Positions 23,301 through 35,300 of a stretch of 64,000 bases of DNA are shown one piece after another. Location of the stretch: assembly GCA_000708835.1 (NCBI GenBank), contig DF237105.1, forward strand, positions 99,546-163,545, read 5' to 3'. The notes below the pieces were generated by a model. The model was not told where the DNA came from and ran no database searches. It saw only the letters and a list, made by a program, of their open reading frames with translations. This DNA comes from Klebsormidium nitens (Eukaryota > Plantae > Klebsormidiophyceae). The translations under genes were made by a program, and so were the position numbers. Positions within the stretch are counted from its first letter, which is position 1; the number at the start of each line of letters is the position of its first letter.

Positions 23301-26300
23301 ATCTTGTCAAGCAAGATTTCTTCCGCAGCCCCCCCCTTGGTTTGCTGCAGCGGCGGACCCCCCGTTTGCGTGGCCAGCTGGGCCCACCCCCCAGCGAGGG
23401 TCGTGTGCGCTTGCGCCAAAACAGGGGGGACCAGTGGGGCCAGCCACGCTTCCCATTGAGGGGGGGGGCAGTGGGACACAATGGGAGAGACCTGTAAGAG
23501 GCGAAACGGGGGGGTGATGAACCATAAGCTCAGAGTGACTCTTAAATGCAAGGGCTATATGATTCTCAAAGGCAAAATTGCACAAAACAGGGGGGACCGA
23601 TGGGGCGAGCCACATTTCGCATCCAGAGAGGGGACAGTAAGAGCCGTTGGGGGAGACCTGTATGAGAAAGAACCCAGACTTTTGAAAAGATACTTGCGGG
23701 GAGGTCACATGCTTAACGGTTCCGCTTAGAAGTTGAAGAAGTGGGAACCGGAGACCCTCTGAACTGGCACTTTTACCAGGACTAGGACGGTCAAAGAATG
23801 GATCTTGAGGGGGAAACTCGACCATACGTCAGTAATAAAGACTTAAGGGATTGTGGGGTTTCAAGCTCAAGGAGACGAGGAAAGGGGCTTCTGTAGGAGT
23901 CGACAATCCTGGCAAACAGGACTGAAATGCATCCTCTTCGGGTCTCTCCAGAACGATGCTCCCAAGTCAATTGGACAAAAAGACTGGTCAGAGTGCACAA
24001 GCACATGAAGTTTGGATATCCGAACTTGGCCACTTGGAGCCAGTCTCACGTGCAACGCTTCGGTGACTTTGCTGCAAATGTCGCTTCAGGGCCACCCTCT
24101 CCTGCTTTGCCACAGCTTATCCTTTTGCCTTTTTGAATCGACAGCGCTGCCTTTCCTTATGAATCTTTTGAAGCTCATCCGACCTCAAATCCTTTTTAGA
24201 AGAAACTCTTCGCCCCGGCATCTCAAAGGTTATTCAAGAGAGAGTGCCCGCACAGGTAAACTGCAAACAGCCGACACAAGAAAGCGTGCACCTTCTCCTG
24301 CGCACAGCAAAAAGTATATGCTCACCACGGACTTGATCAACAGCCGCAGGTGCCGAATCTCCATCGCCGCAAGGCTCCCCGTGAGCGCGGACGCCGCAAC
24401 AGCCCCCCACTCCGACCGGTCGAAAAACCCGGGCACGCGCGCGGCGGCTGTTCCCAAAACAGTGTACCCCGCCTCGCGCACTCCCTTGAGCCAATTTCGG
24501 GGGACTTGCTCTTCTTCCGGGGGGGAGATTCCCTTGTGTGATNNNNNNNNNNNNNNNNNNNNNNNNNNNNNNNNNNNNNNNNNNNNNNNNNNNNNNNNNN
24601 NNNNNNNNNNNNNNNNNNNNNNNNNNNNNNNNNNNNNNNNNNNNNNNNNNNNNNNNNNNNNNNNNNNNNNNNNNNNNNNNNNNNNNNNNNNNNNNNNNNN
24701 NNNNNNNNNNNNNNNNNNNNNNNNNNNNNNNNNNNNNNNNNNNNNNNNNNNNNNNNNNNNNNNNNNNNNNNNNNNNNNNNNNNNNNNNNNNNNNNNNNNN
24801 NNNNNNNNNNNNNNNNNNNNNNNNNNNNNNNNNNNNNNNNNNNNNNNNNNNNNNNNNNNNNNNNNNNNNNNNNNNNNNNNNNNNNNNNNNNNNNNNNNNN
24901 NNNNNNNNNNNNNNNNNNNNNNNNNNNNNNNNNNNNNNNNNNNNNNNNNNNNNNNNNNNNNNNNNNNNNNNNNNNNNNNNNNNNNNNNNNNNNNNNNNNN
25001 NNNNNNNNNNNNNNNNNNNNNNNNNNNNNNNNNNNNNNNNNNNNNNNNNNNNNNNNNNNNNNNNNNNNNNNNNNNNNNNNNNNNNNNNNNNNNNNNGATT
25101 TCGAGGGGACCCAATCGGAGAGCGGCCTGGGAAAAGAAAGCGCGAGACGTCAGACTGCAGTTTTGAAGACGGAAAGCTGGCGACTGTGCGGGCTGAAAAG
25201 TTGCAGGACAGTCATGCACCGCTCGGAGAAGCTGGCAGGCAAAATGTGAAGCGAGGAAGCGCGGGAAGATAACCGGAACCCAAAGCCATACCGGTTGACT
25301 AGAGGGTTTTGCGGTGTTGGAGCATGTGCTTTGTCAGAAGATATGGAACAGCGGAGCTTAAAAACACGAAATAACACAAATCAGCAAACCGCAGCACATT
25401 ACAACAAGAAGTACGAGCACAACAGATTGGTCAGAATTCAAGAGAGCAGTGATGCCGGACCCATGCATGACATACCATATACGCACTGATAGCCATGCAG
25501 GGAGAGCACCGCAAAAAAGGCGAGGACGCGGCGTTGGACAGTCATATTCAACACGACCTTCGACGATCATCCATAACCATGGAAGTTAATGAGCGCTTCA
25601 CCTGTAATGTCGGAGAGAGTGTCCGCTGCACTTCCGGTTCCCACAACCGGTGGACAGCTTGCAAAAGGTGCAGTAAGGGGGGGACGATCCAGCCCAGGTG
25701 TTGGCCCATCGGGTGGGGGGGGGCGGGCGGAGTCGTAGGGCGGCCGACGGCTGGAGGGGGAGTGCTGGGGGACCGGGGAACGCGCACTGCAAAGAAAAGT
25801 AAAAAAACATGTCTGCTGACGTCAGCAAATAGGGTAACTATGATTAGTTTTGAATATTGGGGGGAGGACGTGCGCGAAGTTGCTTCACAGAGGTGGGCGG
25901 TCGGATGCTGATGGCAGTAAAACGTCAGGACAAGAAAGTTGGCACCAGGAGGACAACAGGCTTCTGAAGGCGGGGCCATCTGAAACGACTACATCAAACT
26001 GCCTCTCGATGCTTATTTGAACTTTGACGCCGAACTTTTTATCAAGATAGCAGTTGAAGTTCTCGGCAGACAAAAGCCTAACAAGGAGCGTCCCATCGTG
26101 CTGCAGACGCGCCTGGTAGTGCAACCATGCAAGGAGATAGCGTGATAGATCCAGCGAAGAATTCTCGTGACTTCAGACAATTTGACGGATATTTTGATTT
26201 GGTATAAAAACGTTCCCAGAAGCGTCTCACTGTGGTGCAGACCCGCCTGGTTGTGCGGTCTTGACCGCCTGAACGCTTTCTCGAACAGGAAACGGCATGG

Positions 26301-29300
26301 TAGACTCACCGGTGATTCCCAAAGGACACATTCAAAAAGGAAACGGAAGTAATAAAAACCGTTTCCAAAACCTTTCCGTGCTGCAACCCGGCCTGGTTGT
26401 GCGGAGCTGATCGCCGGAGCCCTTTCTCGAACCGGCAGGTGGCGTGGTAAATCCAACGGAAACCTCCAGTAGTTTTCCGACAGGGTCAAGGAAAACCGCA
26501 GTGTTACATAAACGTCTCCAAAGGCGTCTTACCGTGCTGAAGACCTGCCTGATTGTGAGGTGCCCACCGCCGGAGCGCCTTCTCACATTGGGAGATGCCG
26601 TGGTAAGTTTACGAACAAATTGTGAATCTGGACAAACTTATGGTATAACTGAAGAGATAAAAATCGTTTCATAAGCGCCTTAACGTGCTGAAGACCTGCC
26701 TGGATGTGCGGTGCCGACCGCCGGAGCGCCTTCTCAAAGAGGGAGATAGCGTGAATCCACCAGAAGTTCTCGATAGTTTCGAAGTGATATACTGGAAAAC
26801 CGCGACGATAAAAAAGTATTTAAAAGGCGGCTTACCGTGTTGCAGGCCCGCCTGATTGTGCGGGGCAGACCGTCGGAGAGCTTTCTCAAACAGGGAGATG
26901 GCGTGGTAAATCCACCAGTAAGGAGCAGGGCCGGAAGAGAGGCCATTGGCGGCCGGCGATTGCGGGAGTTGCAAAAGGGTCGCGAGGCCAGCCGGGGTTG
27001 AGATGGTCTGTGACACGTGGCGCACGGTACGTTATCAGGGGGTGATACTTTAACCTCACAGTTTGTTCTTCTGTCGCCCACAAAAATAGCCCAATTAGGT
27101 ATTAATTAGAGAGCTAAGTTGAACACTGAAGTATGACAGAGTCCAGCAAACACGACGGCAATGTTCAGAAGCAAAAAATGCATGCGTAAAGGCCAGACCA
27201 ACTACTAAGCAACATCTTTATACGGCCCATTCTACAGCTGAGTCATAAGACCAGATTGGACGCTCAAAGATAGAAACGGTCACCACAGGAGCATCAGGGA
27301 TACTGCTCGTTCAGAGTCAGGAGCGACAGCTATGACTCCTAACTTCAAGAGTGTTCTAAGATGCGACTTGATGATATTGAACGTGTAACGCTTACCTGTT
27401 GCCACGCTGAGTCGACCCATTGCTGGCGGAGCGGAGCGAGGAGCCACTCCAAGACTTGAGCCTGGCGTTCGGCCCTGAAAAAGTAGGGTAATAAGTATAA
27501 GCAAGGACAGACCTTTGCCGAAAAGCGAGCGAAGTAGGCGGTTTCCATCCACAGTCTGCAGCATACTTCAATCTCCTTCGCGAGGGAGGCAAAACGCTAA
27601 ATTAGGCAGGAAAGTCAGCTCTTGAACTGGAGACTCAAGCGAAAGATTTGTTCGCGTTCTTGGCTTTTGGAAAGATCCCTAAGAAAACCGAACCCCTTTG
27701 CATAGCTCGGCATTGGTCCTTACACGTCTCCATAAGGCAGCGAAAGCACGACGGAGATGGTTTGGTGCATTCGCCTTTTGAGTAAGACTTCGAACTTGCT
27801 GCCTTCAACTGCTTCAAAGCGCGGCTCTCCTTTCCTGGTAAATCAGTTGTGACGCAATGACGTCAGCAGAGAATCTAAGCCAGGAGGCCAGCAGAAGCAC
27901 CAAGCAGTGACGTCAGCGCGGTGACGTCATCCTCACCCGGCGGAGGTGGAGATGACCATGATGGCTTCCGCGAGGCTGTTGTGCTCGCTCGGCGTCAGCT
28001 GGCCTGCGCTGTGCATTTGACCGATAGCGCCCGCGATGCTCTCCAAATGGGGGACGAGACCCGACCCAGCCGATCGAGCGACGCGCAGAATCGACGTGCA
28101 AACCTGATGAGAAGCGCAAGACGTTTAGCTTTCCCGTTCGTGAAGTGTTGGAAGCTTTAAAGGCCTAGAATTGATGTGGGATGTCATTTGATCAAGATCC
28201 GGCTGCGCTGTGCATCAAACGGCTGCGCTGTGCATTTGACCAATGGCGCCCGCGATGCTCTCAAAATGGGGGACGAGANNNNNNNNNNNNNNNNNNNNNN
28301 NNNNNNNNNNNNNNNNNNNNNNNNNNNNNNNNNNNNNNNNNNNNNNNNNNNNNNNNNNNNNNNNNNNNNNNNNNNNNNNNNNNNNNNNNNNNNNNNNNNN
28401 NNNNNNNNNNNNNNNNNNNNNNNNNNNNNNNNNNNNNNNNNNNNNNNNNNNNNNNNNNNNNNNNNNNNNNNNNNNNNNNNNNNNNNNNNNNNNNNNNNNN
28501 NNNNNNNNNNNNNNNNNNNNNNNNNNNNNNNNNNNNNNNNNNNNNNNNNNNNNNNNNNNNNNNNNNNNNNNNNNNNNNNNNNNNNNNNNNNNNNNNNNNN
28601 NNNNNNNNNNNNNNNNNNNNNNNNNNNNNNNNNNNNNNNNNNNNNNNNNNNNNNNNNNNNNNNNNNNNNNNNNNNNNNNNNNNNNNNNNNNNNNNNNNNN
28701 NNNNNNNNNNNNNNNNNNNNNNNNNNNNNNNNNNNNNNNNNNNNNNNNNNNNNNNNNNNNNNNNNNNNNNNNNNNNNNNNNNNNNNNNNNNNNNNNNNNN
28801 NNNNNNNNNNNNNNNNNNNNNNNNNNNNNNNNNNNNNNNNNNNNNNNNNNNNNNNNNNNNNNNNNNNNNNNNNNNNNNNNNNNNNNNNNNNNNNNNNNNN
28901 NNNNNNNNNNNNNNNNNNNNNNNNNNNNNNNNNNNNNNNNNNNNNNNNAATGGGGGACGAGACCCGAACCGGCCGACCGAGCGTCGCGCAGAATCGACGT
29001 GCAAACCTGAAGGCAAGCACGGGTTCCAGATTTGTGAACCCTTTTGGGAGTGTTAAGCATCGAGGTTGTCCTGCGTCAGTGTTGAAAATGTTACGCCTGC
29101 GTTGTGCACTTGACCGATGGCGCCCGCGATGCTCTCCAAACGGGGGACGAGACCCGAACCGGCGGCTGACCAAGTGAAGCGCAGAATCGACGTGCAAACC
29201 TGATGACAAGCACGGGTTTTAGGTTTGTGAAAGGTATTTGGGGTCAGTAAAATGTTAGGTTTGGCCTGTATTGCAAAAACGTTGCGCCTGCTTCGTGCAT

Positions 29301-32300
29301 TTGACCGATGGCGCCCGTGATGCTCTCCAAAGGGGAGACGAAACCTGAGCCGGCTGACTGAGCGACGTGTAGGATCGAACGCACACGCCTAGCAAGAAAT
29401 CTGGAATATGTAGGGAGCTCAGGAGATTTCACAATTGCGAGGTCAGGTGAGTTTGATGTTGGATCATGTCGCACGAGCTGTGCATCTGAGCGGTGAAGCC
29501 CGCAATACTCTCTACAAAAGGGACCGCTCCTGGATCGTCCAAGCAGGGAAACGTGTCCTTTGTATTTGTCTTCAGTGAAGCATTCCGTAATCCTTGCTCC
29601 GTCAATTTTTGAACGTTCCATTGCGCCTTGGAATCGACTTTCAAAAGTCAGCATGGTGTGCTGGACAAGCCTGCGTGTTAGAGTGAGAGCGGGGGATGTC
29701 CATCCGGCATGCCTCCTCGAAAGCCGCAACGTCTGCTTAGAAAACCTTTTAGGAACCTCGACTTGGAAACCGTTTGGGTCGCGACGAAACCTGTCTTTCA
29801 AGTTACACCGGACGCATCAAACAGGGGGCCACCGTCTTTGTCGCTGCCCAAACGGCTTTGTCGCTGCCGTAAAGATGGACAGAGATCACAAATATCAGAA
29901 GCAGAAAGCAGATCAAAGTCTGTCAGTAGGACCTTTCAGGCTGGCATATCTGCACTAAGACGAGGCAACTGTTTTTCACTTCGGGAGCTGTGGCGAACCT
30001 CATACGAAGGGTTCCAAACAAGGGGCCGAGGTTGATGTTCAAGGGGCTCACCAGAAGTCGAGCCGACCAGATGGGAGCTTTATCTCGGGGGTTGCCGTGG
30101 GCCGGGATACTGGGCTCGGAGCTGCAAAAAGAGAAACATACTCAAGCGGAGGACTCAAAATGCTGGATACGCAGCGTCTCTGGTATGACTTACAGAGCTG
30201 ATAAGGCCAAGGCCGTTATGTGTAATCGGCACGTGAAGCGCAACTCAAGCGAAGGTTATAGTCACTTGATCTTTGACCCCGTGCCACTTCAAACCGTAAA
30301 ACAGGGCGTCAAGATCGATACCGTATTGTCTGACGGTTCTGTTGATTCTAGGGGAAGGGGATCGCCCCCGTGTTCGACCATCGGATGGTCAGTTGGGCTA
30401 CTAAGGAAGTGCCCTGGATCGTCCGAAATCGATTCAAACTCCACACGCCTTCCTTGAATATTGCCATCCCACACCGCAATTGTGCCATAGTTTGAAAGAC
30501 TGCTGGATGGTCTCCTGTTGAGACCCTCTGAAGGAAGAGTCAGCCTTTGGAGGGTTGGCGACTTCTTGCGGAAGACCAGATTTTAATGCAAACCAGAACA
30601 ACGAAAGAGGTAAGAGAATCGAGGACTTCTTTGTAAACTGACTGCTAACTTCCTGGTAGCAGATTCGCCCCGGCAGCATCAGCAGCAGCTTCGTTGAACT
30701 GCACTCGTCAAAGCCGCACACACAAATTTACCCAGCAAACTCCACCCTGGACTCTCGACACCACAACACAAAAGAAGGAAGGCAAGATTGGAAAGCGGCT
30801 CAAGCTCCACCTCTTGAATCCACCAGCATACTAAAAGAAGGAGAAGAGGCTTGCGAAGCCAGCTCACTGTTGAGACCCTGGAGGAAGCACCAGTCCCTGC
30901 AGCATCAACAGCAGCTTGTGCAGCACGTTTGGAACCGCCGCAGGGCCGAAAGCCAGGTACGGGCCACACGCGTCAAAGAGCCGGCCTTGTAGATGCACCA
31001 AACCAGCCGCCGACACCTTGGGGAAGTACAGAGAACCAACGTCAGTTCACTGATTAAGGTGAGAAAGTTGAACTTTGCTTCCTTTCACAGTAGGCAGACT
31101 CCCGTAACAGGACGGCAGATTTGGTCACATTGAACACAACCACACGCGTCAAAGAGCGGGCCTTGCAGATGCACATAAACCAGCTGCTAACACCTAAAAC
31201 AAGAAAAGTAGACCCTTTTTGCTCCACTGTTTGAGGTTCAGAGTGGGAAAGACAGTTCCGTCAGAAAAATTCTCTTCCTCTCGGTATAATCAAGTATATG
31301 TAGCAGACTCGTATGGTCCATGTAATAGTTTGATCTTGCGAATTCTCGAATATCAACGGTGTTTGATGACCGAATCAAGTCGCCAAGCCCTTGACAGGAA
31401 ACGGCGACGTAAACGTGGGTCGAGCGGTCTTTGTCAAGCAGTTCGCGAATTTCGCATACGTGAGGTGTACTTTGCATTGGTGCGGCGTTTCATAGTCTAT
31501 GTTATGATGCGTCACATGCAGCGGAGAACAGCAAAGAAGGCCACTACGAACAGTCATCTCCATCTGAGAAGCTTCTGCCTTACCCTTTCTCCGTGTTTTT
31601 TGTAGACTGCATCCAGAAATGATGGAGCACGCCCACTGACCTGAAGGCTCAACAAGTGGAGCAGCATCGCTTCCAGGGGGGTCGCCAGCCCGAGGTCGTC
31701 CTGCTGGGCCTGCCCCCCAGAGCGTGCGGCCGCCTCGAGCGCGGTAGACGGGGCGCCCGCGAGTACGTTCTCAAGGACCACGTGGGCAGCTTCTACAGCC
31801 ACAAGCACCTGCTTTCGAAATGGGGGGTCGGATTTCAGGGGATCTTGGGGGAGGTTGTGGTTGAGGAATGCTTGAAGGGAGCTGTGTTTAGATGACTCTT
31901 TTCGGAAATTAAGCTCTGTCGACTCTCTGAGAGTCGTGTGTAGAGGGATTCTCCTGGTGCACGAGTCAGACAGCGAAAACTTAACCCGCTGAATTAGCAC
32001 ACCACGAAAAGAGTTGTTAACAGTTGGAACCAAAGGGCTTCACGAGATCTGAAACTACACTAAAGCAATAAGCCGGGACCTTTGAGTCTTTACTCAAGCC
32101 GGAAGCGATCGTGATTGGTACAAACGGGTCGTGCCCAAGAACAATCTGACCGTCATCCGAAGCATCCCCTTATCAGCACGCTCGAGCATGTACATCAACA
32201 AAGACTGGATAACCGAGGAGTAACTCAAAAAACGGACGTTCGGGCGGCAAGGACGCGACCAAGGCTTCGGTGGGAAAATTCCAAACCCCAAAACTCTAGA

Positions 32301-35300
32301 TTCCGCAGCCTTAGAAGCCGTAATTGATTTGAAGTTCGAGAGACCGAATGATCTTCTCATTGTTGAACGGAACACCAGTACATTGACCAGCCTATCAGAT
32401 CCGTACTGAAAACCTTACCTCTTTCGGAGCGGGTCTGGGCGCTTGCGCTGCGGCGGTGGTTGCAGTCATGACCTGGCGGCACGCGTACTCTACCGCCAAC
32501 TGGGGCTGGACTCCCCCGACCAACCGTATGACGTCACTCTGCAGCAAAAGACGGGCGCAGGTCGGCCGTGGACTTCCAACAGAAGAAATCATTTCCTAGG
32601 ACTGTCGTCTCTGAATCACATCACTCGTGATGACCGACGATCCAGGGCAGATGTTTCCGTAGACAAACTCTCTGCCTAAGAAATGCTTTGAAGAAGTCCA
32701 ATGCGAGTTCCCGCTGTGGCATCCCTTTTCTTTGTCTGCCTCCAAATGCTCCTTTCCTTCGACCGGCCTTTCTGGAAGACTCTGATAAGAGAGTGGTAAG
32801 TGCTTTCAACTCTCAGATACGACCAGAATATCATGTAGCCTGCTCGAAGGAAGTAGCCTTCGGAGTAACACCACGCCTGTCAGGGTCAGGACTGGAAACA
32901 GGACAATAGACGACGCCCTTTAGTCCTTCACAATCATTTTTAACGACGAAAGTTGACACTATCCGTTCTATGCGATGTACGGCAAACAAACTATTAACCG
33001 CGGTACTTACCAGCTTGCCCCGGTAGGTACCGTAGTCTCGTCCCGACTCAAACTCCGGGGGGCAGTCGCCTCCGTTGTCTTCAGAGGACCCTTCAACCCC
33101 CTCCTCCAAAATCAACCCGTGACCACTGCAGCGCCGCACCTTCTCATGCACTGCATGAGATATTTCACTGCGTCCTAATCTGGCCGTTGATTAGCGTTTC
33201 AGCCGCTTTGATATTTTTGACTATCTGCTGAGATGATTCTCGTCGCGCTTGGTGTGTCGCAGAAAGGTTCTAGAGTGGCGTAATTATCGGTCTACAGTTC
33301 ACACATCATCCGCTAAAGAAGTGTCGGCAGTTTAAGGAGCAAACAGGCGGGTTTGGAATGTCCCTTCAGCGATCGAAGTGGCTCGTGGGCTGAACAGAAC
33401 CCCAGACGAACTCTCGATCTCCTCAAATGACGAGCTCTACTCTCATTGCAACCGAGTTCCCGAGACTTCAGAATCCGAAAGCCAGAGGCCTTGACGCGAA
33501 CGTCCTTCAACCGTCAGAGCGGTCTATTGGTCGGTAACACACACTTACCTCCGGTCACTCCTCAAACATCACGTACAGCTCTGCAGCCCTCTGTTCCTCT
33601 CCTTGGGAGCCGCGAGACTCAAAATGTAAAAGCCGGAGTCCTTACTCGGTCGCTGACGACATCGAAATTCTGGCACTCAACAAGCTACAACAAGCTGAAT
33701 ACCTGAAGTCTTGGGCATCTCACCAGCTTCGAGAACTGCCGTCGTCCACTCGGGAGGCAATTGCAGACTGGGCCCCGGCTTTGGCTTCGCCTTGTCTTTG
33801 GGGGCGGCCGCGTCACGCAACAGGCTGGTGACACCTGGCAGGATAGGATTCGCCAGCGCCACCGAGGACGACAGAAAACCAAGCACCTGTTACAAGCAGG
33901 ACGGAAGGACTCTTATAGGATTCTTCTGACCCTGTGCGTGAGCGTGAGGCGGAAAGCTGAGCTTCGTTATCGACGAGAGCGTTTGCACTGACGTGGAAAC
34001 AGAGTACGTGTGCAAGATCTTGCGGAAGAGAAGACGCCATATGGGGCCGTTTCAAACCCTCCAAAGGATGGGCATGCTTCAATGGTACTGCTCGTACCAG
34101 TGGTGTAACCTGGTTTTGTTTGAGATTGGAACCAGGTCAACTCTGTCAGGTCTGGATTCCAGGTCATTCTACATGTTTGTCAGTTGAATGTTCCTTTGGC
34201 GACTACTTTGATCAGGAAACAAGAGGAGAAGAACAGCCAGCGACCATATTAAGGTACGGATAATAAGATGACTGTCGTTTTCAGACCTGATCAGGTCTGA
34301 AGGCTCTGATCTATTTGACTCTCCGTCAGCAAAGGGTTCCGTGCAACTTTGATAAGTATGCGCCTGATAGAAGTTTGTCGCGGGATCAGTCAACTTATCT
34401 ACCAAACGCTCAGCTCACCTGTGTGAGAAAAGCCGTGACAGCTGTCGGCCCCTGGCCCGCTACCGCGGCCGCGTTCATGCTCCCAACGGCCGCCAAACCC
34501 TCCGCAATTCGCTCTGCATAATCACGGTCTTCGTCCTGATTGTCGGAAGCCTGAGCCTGAGTCAGCGCGGAGGGAGCGGCGGCTACCAGAGAGGCTGCCA
34601 CGTGGCCCAATGCGGCGTCGTGCTGGTCGAGGGTCTCCCGCTCTCGTTCGTCAGTTGGTCGACGCCTAAACAGGTGAGAGTAGTGTTTCATTGGAAAGTG
34701 GGGTCCGTTTGACAAGTAAAGAACTTTGTCGAGTTGGAGATTGCCGGAATCATGTAGAAGGCTAGTCGGGAATGAGGACAACCATGTTGCTCTCAATCCG
34801 AATAGAAAAACATGGAAGCTTGCTCCTCAGGACGGACTAGGTTATTGGAACTTCATTTGAAAGTCGAGTCAACATTGTAGGAAGGCTGCATTCTCCACCT
34901 TCTGAGGACGTGTCGCCTTCAAGCGTCACACCACACTGCAAAGCAATCCCTCTGTACCTACCAGCCGTTTGATTCAAGCGAATCCATAAAAGCCAGGCAC
35001 CCCAATCTCAACCTCCCCCAAACGATCACCCACCTTCCCCCAACGCGCTTCAGGAACTCCGTGGCCGCCTGCTTTCACCTCTTAAACGACACTCTAAAAG
35101 CACTTCCATCAGACAACCAGCCGCCAAATTCCTCATAAGCATTAACCGCAAGGGATCCCCCACCTTCCCGCGACGTGCTTCAGAAACTCCGCCGCCCCAT
35201 CCCGGAACTCCCGCGCCTGAAGCAGCGCCCCGGCCGCCTCAATCAGCCGGCTCGACTCCAGACCAACCACCGGGGCCCAGTCCGAGTACGCGTCCGCGGC

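Noticed and set aside
24012-29209. Long ORFs of 244-384 aa in the ORF track
   Set aside because: Artefacts of translating through N gaps. Only the HASTY-frame portions flanking the first gap are supported.
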